From NCBI RefSeq assembly GCF_001194135.2, contig NC_068999.1, positions 50,667,103 through 50,731,102 of the forward strand: a stretch of DNA of 64,000 nt. Direction: 5' to 3'. The notes beneath the pieces were generated by a model. It worked only from the letters and a program-made list of their open reading frames with translations, was not told the origin of the DNA and ran no database searches. Source of the DNA: Octopus bimaculoides (taxonomy: Eukaryota). The position numbers and the translations under genes were made by a program. Shown here piece after piece: positions 52,911 to 64,000 of this stretch (the stretch's first letter is position 1; every line of letters begins with the position of its first letter).

Positions 52911-53072
52911 ATATGTATATATTATTTATATACTTATAAATGCATATAAGTATATAAATAGTATACATGTGTATATATACTGTGAGGAACTGGATCCTTT
53001 CCAGGTTGGGATGGGGTAATACATGCGCCATAGAAACAAGGAAATTGGCCTTGTCTCGTGAAGGACCTTTGA

Positions 53073-53175
<103 letters not shown>

Positions 53176-54306
53176 TTTTTGTGTGTGTATGTGCATATCC
53201 ATACGTCTGCAGATATAAGTATACATTCACAGAAACACAGAAACACAGGCACACATACGTGGTCCTAATAATATACATTATCCATATATCTTTAAAAGTA
53301 CGGATATTCATACAAAATAATAAGATTACTATGTAGACTTGTCACACAAGCTTCAGCGAAGTAACTGTACTAACTTTGAAATTAGCATTCATTCATGTAA
53401 TAATATCATACACACAAGCCATTCAACACAGCTGTCGTTTGACCTAATAATCATAGCATCGCGATAAATTAATCCCTACCGTCAAAAATAGAAACGCCAT
53501 ATTGTTTGACATCAGCTCATTTACTCTGATGAAAACAAGCAAAACATTCTAGCTGAGTTCTACAATGTATACACAATAAATAGCTAAGAGTTAATAAGCT
53601 AATATAATTCATAATACATTATGTCTAGAAATAGATGAGGCTACGATAACGACGGAAGATCTTTTGATCATATTGATACTCAATTAAAACTGAAAAGGAG
53701 GCTAAATAACACCAGTAATAACAACAACATAAAATATATCGAATCAAAGCTGGAGGCAGCTTTGATAGATGCCTCTGTACCTGTATAGGGATTAGGAATT
53801 AAACGTAAAGTCCAAATCGTAGAGTGTTTTAAGATGTCAGAAATAGTAGCATCGTAAATATATCATGTTGAGAAACTGAAAGAAATCCGCTCATTAATCC
53901 TTAAATAGCAAAAATTTAATTTCCCGCTTAAAAGATTAATTATTACAGTCTAAATATAGGTAACACTTTCATCTTTGCTATAATGCTAAGGTAATTTCAG
54001 AAATCATTGAAAATATATATATCTATTTATTTATTTACTTTTCTGAAAATTTAATATCAAATGTCTTGAGAAATCTTAACTTTAGCAGATCTCTTTATTT
54101 TTATTTCTTTCTTTCTTTCTTTGTTTCAGTACACACNNNNNNNNNNNNNNNNNNNNNNNNNNNNNNNNNNNNNNNNNNNNNNNNNNNNNNNNNNNNNNNN
54201 NNNNNNNNNNNNNNNNNNNNNNNNNNNNNNNNNNNNNNNNNNNNNNNNNNNNNNNNNNNNNNNNNNNNNNNNNNNNNNNNNNNNNNNNNNNNNNNNNNNN
54301 NNNNNN

Positions 54307-54368
<62 letters not shown>

Positions 54369-54370
<2 letters not shown>

Positions 54371-54426
54371 CGCGATCCTATGACCGCGAGTCCGCTGCCC
54401 TAACCACTGGGCCATTGCACCTCCAC
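54369..54426 (-). mobile_element. SINE family C head fragment
   Basis: Reverse complement GTGGAGGTGCAATGGCCCAGTGGTTAGGGCAGCGGACTCGCGGTCATAGGATCGCG, near-identical to the 50016 head; truncated at a (TA)n tract. Confidence 0.8.
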
Positions 54427-55148
54427 TGAAGATTCAGCAATAACGTCACTATTAGCAACGATAATAATTTCATTAAGCGAACGAAACCTTTACTTAACCT
54501 CAGCCTCCAGCATCACTAAAGAAACAACGGCAGTAACAAACGAACGTCAGAATAATAAACCGGAATCAGGTTTTGTTTTGTTTTTACAAACAGAATCTCT
54601 GAACTCTTCTTAAAGAAAGACCTTATATAAAATATATAAACTTAGTCACTTAAGATTTCAAAAGAGATTATAAATTCCGATCTATTTCTGTTCAAATCAA
54701 TCCCATAATTTTAAAGACATATTTAAAAAAAATAAAATAAATTAACGAAAACATTGACAAAAATAAAACATAAAAACCGAAGCCAAATGTTCTGTTCTTT
54801 TGTTATTTATATAACCAGAAATCAAATGTAATATTTCGAACATAAATGAAGAGAAAAGTAAAACAACTGTATTCTCTGTTCATTTTTTCCCCCTTCTTAT
54901 TTTGCAGTCTACATGAAAGGATTTAAGGAAAACATGAATTCAGCTGTATATTTATGTGGTTGTAATCAGTTGTATTGGTTTCTTTGATTTCTCTCTTTGT
55001 TTCTATATTATCTGGAGAATTTTACACGGAATTGGAAAACTTTGCAATGAAACTTAATTTTAGATAAAATATTTATAATCCATTTGTAAAAATAACGGAA
55101 AGACAACTATGATTAGAATAACAGATTCTTCTTCTTCTTCTTCTATTA

Positions 55149-55297
55149 AGTCGGCGCAGTGGCAGAATCTTTAGCGTGTCGAACAAAATACTTAATGGCA
55201 TTCCTTCCGGCTCTTTCCGTTCTGAGCTCAAATCTTGCCGACATCGATTCTGCCTTTTATTCTTTCAGCGTAAATAAAATAAGTACCAGCTGAATAC
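55149..55297 (+). mobile_element. SINE family B monomer, degenerate
   Basis: GTGGCAGAATCTTTAGC...CGTTCTGAGCTCAAATC...AAATAAAATAAGTACCAG. Confidence 0.7.
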
Positions 55298-56840
55298 CAA
55301 AATCGTAGCTAACGATTTAACACTCACTGTAAAATTGATGGACTTGTACATATATTTGAAAATATCATCATCATCATCATCATCATCATCAACGACATCA
55401 TCATCATCATCATCATCATCATCGTTCAGCCTCCTACATGCTCATTGAGCCTCACGGTTAAGCTTCCTACATGTTCATTGGAAACGTCCTCTGGCTACCT
55501 GATGTCAAGGATGTTTCTGAAACATCTTGCGTGTGTTAATCTAATATCTAAAAAGGTAAAATAATCACTTTCTTTCATTTGTTGGCTTTAGAAGTCATGG
55601 TCGATTACTATATATATATCGTTTACATATTTGGAAAGTTTGTTTCTTCATCATTTGTAGAGTTGTCAACCATGTTTGTTGTTTTTTAAAGTTGAAAATC
55701 TCTTAAAGCAAATTATTGCTTACAAATTGCAGGAATACTCTCAGTTAAACGAAAATCTCTTTACAGATTTGTGTTTTTATTCTTTAGAGTCTCCGTTATC
55801 TGTACAGGGACGGAGACGAATTACTCTCGCACCGATTATTTGTCCGAACAACTTGAAACAGACGGAGCTGCTCACAAATGCACCCAAGTATAATTTTTTG
55901 CTATTAAATTCAGCAATCTATTAATTCTACCGTTCAAGAGCTAAAATTGCAAAAAATCCAGAAGAAATATTCCAAGAAATCTTATCCAATACTCTGACAA
56001 TTCTGTCAATCTGTTGGCCTGGACCGTTAGGTTCAGCACGGATCGCAAGGTGAAAACCGGTAAGGTTCGAATCAGAGCGCAGGGAACCGGAAAAAACACT
56101 ACAGAACATTTTGCCTTGCCCTGTAACGACTCAGCTAATTCGCAAATAGCATAAGTGTCTCACTTGTGTTACTCACATACACATTTGAAATACATATCCA
56201 TAGCCAGGTTGCTGAATAGTAAACGAATATGTAGTGCAGTGGACATCATTTTTGTAATTGGAATGGTTAATCCATGGTATAATGCCAAGCAAAAACTATC
56301 AGTAATTTGCAGTTTTTAAACGTAGTAAGGTAGCGTACATTAAAATTTTTGGTGTATATATATCTTCTTTAACGAGGCATATTAAATCTCAATCATATTT
56401 GAAGTAAAGAAAAAAAAAAACGGATTATTTGAATGTCAGCTAAAAAAAAAAATAATCCATGAAATTTAAGGACGTAAATGATTATATGCTGCTCATGTCT
56501 TTTAATCATTATTGGATTTCACACCAGAATAACAACATATTTGGATTAGTGTTCGAAAGAAAAGACGAAAAGTTTTCAGTCATTCAACATCAAGACTTAA
56601 TTAGTTTAAGAGGTTAATTGTATTAAGGATTTAGATTGACATTTCAAAAGACAAAGAAAAGAAATACCTGATTGCAAATTGTGCGAGTTGTAACATGATG
56701 GATGGAAAATAATAAAAACATCGACATTTAAAGGTGACAATGATTTATAAGACTATTAGAAAGTTACACGCTTATAAGAGCAAGTTTAGTTGATTGGCCT
56801 TGAGTCTAGTATATCACTGGTAATACTTGATTAACGTTGG

Positions 56841-56982
56841 AAGGCGGTGAGCTGACAGAATCATGAGTACGTCAAGAAATATGCTTAGCGGCGTTTCGTC
56901 CGTCTTTACGTTCTGAGTTCAAATTCCGCTGACTTTCCTTTACATCTTTTCAGGGTCAATAAAATAAGTACCAGTTGAGTAG
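56841..56982 (+). mobile_element. SINE family B monomer
   Basis: AAGGCGGTGAGCTGACAGAATC...GCTTAGCGGCGTTTCGTCCGTCTTTACGTTCTGAGTTCAAATTCCGC...AATAAGTACCAGTTGAGTA. Confidence 0.8.
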
Positions 56983-58594
56983 GCCAGGACTTCACTCAGT
57001 TGCTTAGTAAGTGTTAGATCACCACGAACTAGATCATTGAGTTCAGGCTGGGTGATGAGGTGTGGTTTCTTGTCAGATTTACCACGGATTTGAACCCATA
57101 TCACTATAAAAATATTGAGTGTATTTTTATAAATTTCATAGGTTAGGTTGACAAATACCTTAGGAATGTCCCATCAAAATTATATCAAAATCCGTTCATA
57201 ACTTTTAGAGTTTCCAGTTTCGGCTCAATCCTGTTTGCACTCAATTTCTACAGAACGTAAATAAGATGGTAATTTACGAGAAACTGGTGTCACAAAGAAA
57301 CACATGTTATATTCGTGATTGACACACAAAAGACTCCTACAAAAGGTTATTGTCATTTCCGTTTTTTCTTCTTTTTCATTGTTATACAGTGATATTCATC
57401 CAGCATTTGTAAGAGTGCCGGTTAGGTGTGACATCGTATATTTTGGGAGCGATCAAGCATTTTGAGGTAATATCCTACTTAAGATAACTTTAAACGTTCA
57501 AACGACACGACATATATTTTTAGAATTATATTTATGAATTGGAAAATATACTGCAACGTAATTTTAATCGCTGAAGTAGATTGAATAATTTTCGCTTGTT
57601 GGACGTTTTACTGAGTCTTCGTTGTTGCATTTAATACTTTAAAATTATGACTGGTAGAATGTTAAAGCATATTGTACCTTGTTTTTGTGTCTGGTTTGTA
57701 AGATTTTTTATATGACTCCCTAGAAACAACAAAAAATTTAAGGCAGATTTAGGCAATAGAACAGCACAGAAACCCAATATTACTTCGGGATCAGCACGTA
57801 GTGGTTTCCTACCATTTATACATTGTTGGTATATTGTGATTCGGTGGGGCTGGTATTATTTTTAAACGACTTACAATTAGATAACATACTAACATGAAAA
57901 AAACAAAGAACAGAGACGAATAACAAACATGAGAAAATTACAAATGAAATAAATATAAAAAAAGTATTAAAAATTAACAACCCCTAACCCACTAACTGCC
58001 GAACTAATTGCAGAGACGGTATGTGAAATGTATAGGGTTGGATAACAAAGAGTTCTAGTTAGGATAAAAGATAGAATCTAAAACAGAACAGGCGGAAGAA
58101 TAGAAACATATAAAAACAACCAAATATATCAAACACTTTTAGAATATACAAAAGACAATGAAATTGTCTTTTCAGTGCGTTTTGCGATCACACTGCACAA
58201 CTTTGACTGTAGAATGCTGTTCCAGTCTGACATGCAAATTTGAAAAAGAAAATAATGTCTTTTTTTTATTCCTCCGATTTTAACAACTCTTCTCTATTCA
58301 TGCATCTTCTCACAGAAACACACAGACACAAATACTCACATACGCACACACTCACACTCACACACTCACACACACACACTCAGACAAAACCGCTCACGCT
58401 TACACGTACACCAACACACACACACTCATACGCACACACCCATATACACGATTTCATTACTTGTACGCTCAGACACCGTTCATTTGCATTAATTCCACGA
58501 ATGCATGCAAACACGATTGTACACACAAAGAAATGGAAGCGGCGCATTCGGGAACCTAGACATGATGATAATAATAATAATGATAAAAATAATG

Positions 58595-58650
<56 letters not shown>

Positions 58651-59428
58651 GATGATGATGATGATAATGAAAGTGTGCCTTATTTTTACTAGCTTAGAGC
58701 AGTTCAGTTCTGTTCGTTTCGACTCCGTATCTCATGCTGCTTAGCACATATATCTCTAAATACGCTGTAGTGTCGGTCATGATGGTGATGATGATGATGA
58801 TCATGATGATGACGACGATGATCATGATGAGGAGTAAGTGCAAGACGACGATGGTGATGGTGGGAGCAAAATAGGGAGGGGAAGAAGCGTGAAGTGGTGT
58901 TTATTGTTATATAGTTTATTTATTTATTTATATATTTCTATTTGTTCGTTTAACAGTTTATGTATCAATTATAATAGTTCTCTTTTCATATTTTTCATTT
59001 CTCAATTTCTTTCTTTCACTGTTAAGCTTTCTCTATCTTCCTACATGTAAAGAGATACAGAAAATTGCCCTCTTTTTCCTAAATCATTTAGAAACAGGTG
59101 ATAATGTTTCGTATACCACTTTATTTCATGTGGCATGCTTTTATTTTTAAAGTTGCCATCTTTTACGATTTTTCTTCTAAGCCACGTATTGGCAAATGAA
59201 ACAACACCACTCATAGCCAACTCTTAATTAATATATCAATATGAATCACCCAATGAAACGACATTCATAAGAAATGAACGAAGCCGTTGTTTTCTAATAT
59301 AAAACCAGTTTGAATATTGTTGAAAAGAGATAGTTACATGAAAATTGCATGGCGAATAAAAAAAGAATTCAAATTGAAACATCTCATACATACGAGCACG
59401 CTCTCCTCATCGATACATGTATGTAACA

Positions 59429-59478
<50 letters not shown>

Positions 59479-60130
59479 NNNNNNNNNNNNNNNNNNNNNN
59501 NNNNNNNNNNNNNNNNNNNNNNNNNNNNNNNNNNNNNNNNNNNNNNNNNNNNNNNNNNNNNNNNNNNNNNNNNNNNNNNNNNNNNNNNNNNNNNNNNNNN
59601 NNNNNNNNNNNNNNNNNNNNNNNNNNNNNNNNNNNNNNNNNNNNNNNNNNNNNNNNNNNNNNNNNNNNNNNNNNNNNNNNNNNNNNNNNNNNNNNNNNNN
59701 NNNNNNNNNNNNNNNNNNNNNNNNNNNNNNNNNNNNNNNNNNNNNNNNNNNNNNNNNNNNNNNNNNNNNNNNNNNNNNNNNNNNNNNNNNNNNNNNNNNN
59801 NNNNNNNNNNNNNNNNNNNNNNNNNNNNNNNNNNNNNNNNNNNNNNNNNNNNNNNNNNNNNNNNNNNNNNNNNNNNNNNNNNNNNNNNNNNNNNNNNNNN
59901 NNNNNNNNNNNNNNNNNNNNNNNNNNNNNNNNNNNNNNNNNNNNNNNNNNNNNNNNNNNNNNNNNNNNNNNNNNNNNNNNNNNNNNNNNNNCACACACAC
60001 ACACACACACACGCACACACACACACACACGCACTCGCACACACGCACACACACACACACATGTACACACATGCATACACATACACATATGTATATATAT
60101 CTTTTATCGCATCATGTATCGGACATTGAC

Positions 60131-60255
60131 CTGTGGCCATGTTGGAGCATCATTGTGAAGGGCTACTAGTAGCAAATCCACCGCACCCCGTGCTCATTTT
60201 ATGAATCAAATACTTACTCTCTCTGGCCTTTGTGCCGAACTGTTAGGTCACGGGA
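60131..60255 (-). mobile_element. SINE family A tail fragment
   Basis: GGCCATGTTGGAGCATC...TTTGTGCCGAACTGTTAGGTCACGGG. Confidence 0.6.
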
Positions 60256-60375
60256 AAAATAAACAAGGCGTTTACGGGGGGGGGGGGCAAATACAAATAA
60301 ATACATAAGTACATACGTACATAGCAACATACATACATACATACATACATACATACATGGATATATAAATACATA

Positions 60376-60705
60376 CAGAATACGTGGCACCCACTGAGCA
60401 GAAATCTTCGTCAGGTCAAGTTCATTGTGCAGAATATTCTCAACTCTCTTACGGAATATGCTAATAACATTGGCTATTTGATTTTTAGTCAATCGCCAGT
60501 CATCTATCACCATGAGATGAACACAATAAATGTTTTCCTCGGTAGTGGTAGCTGCAGGACGTCAAGACATTGGTTCATCATCACGACGCTCCCTTCCCCT
60601 CTTAAATTCAGCTGTCCTCTTTTACACTGGTGCGTTATCCCCTAATATAGCAACTGTATCAGCATGAATGTCCTTGGGTACTAAGCCCTTTTTCTGCAGG
60701 TACTT
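60376..60705 (-). pseudogene. Mariner transposase N-terminal fragment (HTH domains to WVPR motif)
   Basis: Translates KYLQKKGLVPKDIHADTVAILGDNAPV*KRTAEFKRGRERRDDEPMS*RPAATTTEENIYCVHLMVIDDWRLTKNQIANVISIFRKRVENILHNELDLTKISAQWVPRIL. Shows the mariner linker (DxPRSGRP-like) and the WVPRxL motif. Two stops; ends at a (TACA)n microsatellite; no TIR seen. Confidence 0.88.
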
Positions 60706-61134
60706 ATCAAAGTAGGCAAAGGCAGGAATTGATGCAAGAACGCGAATGATGACAACGATGACATGTCACCATAATACTGTTCAGGACAATTTCTTCAACT
60801 TCTACACCTCGTATGTGGCTGTTGATATTTATCTTATTATCAGCTAAGTGTTTATTAATTTAAGAATCGTTGATATATCTTATCTACAACTCTAAGAGTG
60901 TGATGAATGCAGGTCATTCAGAAGTATTATTACTAAGCTCATAATTATTCATGCTCAGACGTGTCATGTTTCTAATCTATAACCTACCCAATACTACTAC
61001 ATCGCTTGCTGAAAAATTGGTGTTACACATTACATTGAAGTATATCAGCAGTGCTGTGCATATATTTCTGTAGAGGCTGTTGTATACATACATGCACACA
61101 TTTACATATCAATGCATGCGTACACTCACATACA

Positions 61135-61176
<42 letters not shown>

Positions 61177-61177
61177 C

Positions 61178-61513
61178 TGAAGGATTAAAGTTCATCAAAG
61201 CACATAGTATGTATGTCTATCTGCTGGAAATAACTGTCAAAACACTTATTTAAATCGCCAAAATACGCTAATAAGAACTACAGAAATCAACCGTCCGAAG
61301 GTAAACGAGCTTTGCCAATGCAGAAACCGGTCCACCTGAGTCCAAATACTTGAATGTACGTTGGGAGTTTGTCTTAACCCGTTTGCCTTAGCCCGAACGG
61401 TTGATTTCTGTAGTTATTATCAGTGTATTCTCGCAATTTAAATAAGAGTTTTGACTGTTATTTCCAGCAGGTAGACATACTCAGTGTATCCTTTGATTAA
61501 TTTTAATCCTTCA
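61178..61513. mobile_element. Foldback (long inverted repeat) element, MITE-like
   Basis: Arms about 135 bp (61178-61310 and 61377-61513) around a loop of about 65 bp. The core GTATGTCTATCTGCTGGAAATAACTGTCAAAACACTTATTTAAAT matches the reverse complement of 61436-61480 at 42/45. Confidence 0.85.
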
Positions 61514-61907
61514 CCGATTTAATGCTTTTGTGGGGCCTCAAATCCCCTATATTATTGATTATGTTATAATTTTTAAATTGTTACACAAGATAATAACAGA
61601 GTCAATGATATCTTCGCAAACTATGTTTCCGCGAATGATTTTTTCTCGTGAATTATTTGCCCCGTATTGAAATATATATATATATATGTATATATATATA
61701 ATTATTCAATACATATGCATGCATATGCACACATATTTGTGTGCCTCTGTGTGTGCGCCGGTGTGTGTTTGCGTGTGAATGCTTGTGTGCGTGAGTATGT
61801 GTGAGTATTGGTGTGTTTCTCAACTGCAGATAGCTATATAATATTCTTGGAAAATATTGAGAACAATGTTGATTCTACTGCTACAGAATATTAGAAAAAT
61901 TGCAATA

Positions 61908-61952
<45 letters not shown>

Positions 61953-62280
61953 ATATTTAAACAGACATACGTTCGTACACCCATTCATACACACATAGAT
62001 ATAACACATGAACAGTTCATTTCTGTAAATAGAGACGATTAATTAATAATTAATTATTATGAAAGTAGCGTGTTTATATATGTGTTGATATATGGCTCAA
62101 ATAATTGGAAAATCTCCATACCCTCAATTATTTCGTTATAACAAATATGTGCGATTGACCTACGCTTCTCATTATCGTCTGAGCACTGTAAGTGCATTCT
62201 ATTCTTATTATGTTAAATCGTACATTTTGTGAGTAGGGGAGCTAGCATAGCCAGTAATACTGGTTTTATATTTTGGCTCA

Positions 62281-62443
62281 AGGGGTAGTGCGTAAGTCGC
62301 TCACATCAGCCTCAGTACTCAACGGGTACTTAATTTTATCGAACCCCGCAAAGATGAAAGGTAAAGTCGACCTCAGAACGTAAAGATGGAAATGCCTCAA
62401 AGCATTTTTCCCGGCATGCTAACGATTCTGCCAGATGGCCGCC
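62281..62443 (-). mobile_element. SINE family B monomer with internal deletion
   Basis: GGTACTTAATTTTATCGA...GATGAAAGGTAAAGTCGACCTCAGAACG...GCTAACGATTCTGCCAG. Confidence 0.8.
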
Positions 62444-63418
62444 ATAGCATAGTCAGTGATATTGACGCAGTATATTACTGGTAATGATTTTGTTTTATTT
62501 CTAGCATTGTCTTCCATAGACTACATTATTCAACAAGTTGTCATTTGAAGGACAATAAAAGACAATACGTAGTGATTTGAGGGAGATTTGGCCGCTATTT
62601 CCACAAATTCGTGTCTCTATACAGATACTCAATGTCTTACTATTGTATGTATTTCTATGTTTGTTTTTTTGTATCAGTTTACATGTATGTGTATGCATGA
62701 AAGAGAGAGGGTGAGAGTCTGTGTGGTGCATGTGTGCATGCTTCTTGTTTGTGCATGCTTCTCGTTTGCGCATGTATGTACGTGTATCTGCGTCGGCTGC
62801 AGCGCGTGTAACTTTCGATTTAATAATTAACAAATGCTTAGACCTATGGATTATATTCATGTTACAAGACAAACCAATATGTCTCATTGAGATAACATTA
62901 AAATCTCAATAAAATCAGAAATAGTCATGTATTAATAATTTCCATAAGCAAACACGTTTCGACGTTATCAATCATTTCATATTTGATCTGTTTACCTTTT
63001 ACACTTTGTTGTTATCAGCGCCATCTATGAATAAACTTCCATTGACGAATCAGCTTTTCAATGTTGGACTATTTTCAATTACATTGTTTAACATTTATTA
63101 TATCGTATTATTTTGCATTATATAATATTATATCGTATTGTATTATAGGATATTATATTGTATTGTATTACAGTTGTAATACAATACATATATATATGCA
63201 CATATAATACAATTATATTGTATTATAGTGTGCATTACATTTGCATGTTGACAAGAAGTTAAAAAGTGACGCAGAAAAATATTAAAAATAAATTGTTATA
63301 ACGGTGTTTCATATAATTTCAATGTGCCTTGATAAGTTTTCGTTATGTTTATTAAATAAAATTACAATGTATGGCCAAAATATGTTAATTAATGCAGAAA
63401 AATACACAAGGAGAAAAA

Positions 63419-63467
63419 CCTATATGACCTATATGACCTATATGACCTATATGACCTATATGACCTA
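63419..63467. repeat. 9-bp tandem repeat, 5.4 copies
   Basis: (CCTATATGA)5 then CCTA, abutting a SINE A head. Confidence 0.95.
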
Positions 63468-63907
63468 GGCGCAGACGTCGCTGCGTGGTAAGAAGCTTGC
63501 TTCCCAAAGTACGTGGTTCCGCTTTAAGTCCCACTGAGTGTTACCTTGGACAAATGTCTTTTAGTATAGGCTCGAGCCGACTAAAGCCTTGAGAGTGGAT
63601 TTGGGAGATGGAAGGTGAAAGAAGCCCGTCGCACACACACACATATATATATATATGTGTGTTTGTGTGTTTGTGTGTGTGTGTGTGTGCATATATATGT
63701 ATGTATAAGTTTGTGCGTCTGTGTTTGTCTCACCACTATCGCTTGACAACCGATGGTGGTGTGTAACTTAGCGGTTCGGGAAAATACATCGACAGAATAA
63801 AGTACTAGTCTTACAAAGAATAAATCCTGGGGAGATTTGTTCGACTAAAGGCGGTGCTCCAGCATGGCCGCAGTCAAATGACTGAAACCAGTAAAAGAAT
63901 AAAAGAA
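63467..63907 (+). mobile_element. SINE family A, full length
   Basis: Same head, body and tail as 22716-23060; ends in GTAAAAGAATAAAAGAA. Confidence 0.85.
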
Positions 63908-64000
63908 AAAAGCTGTATGTATACACAAATATATTCACGTATGCAGACTAACACGCGCATTTATAGGTATCTATCTATCTATCTATCGGTATATATATAT

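Overview
AT-rich eukaryotic genomic DNA from a fragmented short-read assembly: about 20 N-gaps, roughly 6.3 kb in total by my count, nearly all flanked by microsatellites. The repeat content looks like an octopus or other coleoid cephalopod genome (inference from recalled repeat families, not database-verified). It includes dense (TA)n, (CA)n, (GA)n, (TATC)n, (TACA)n and (AAT)n tracts, several tRNA-derived SINE families, and RTE, CR1/L2 and R4/Dong LINE remnants. There is no intact protein-coding gene I can identify, and almost all long ORFs in the track are microsatellite or N-gap artefacts. Well-supported features: an internally deleted maT-like (DD37D-type) Tc1/mariner element (18311-19207); a second, mariner-type transposase relic (60376-60705); a TA-flanked MITE; an RTE ORF2 fragment; a CR1/L2-like 3' end; an R4/Dong endonuclease 3' end sitting in a (TACA)n tract; many SINE copies; and a 336-bp foldback element. 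A few isolated exon-like segments suggest the window may be intronic, but they are unproven. Best leads: a Penelope-like repeat with a variant minimal hammerhead architecture, an 18-nt microexon candidate whose donor is sequestered in a hairpin, a minisatellite that arrays 5' splice-site consensus motifs, and modular or chimeric SINEs. I found no convincing novel multi-gene system.
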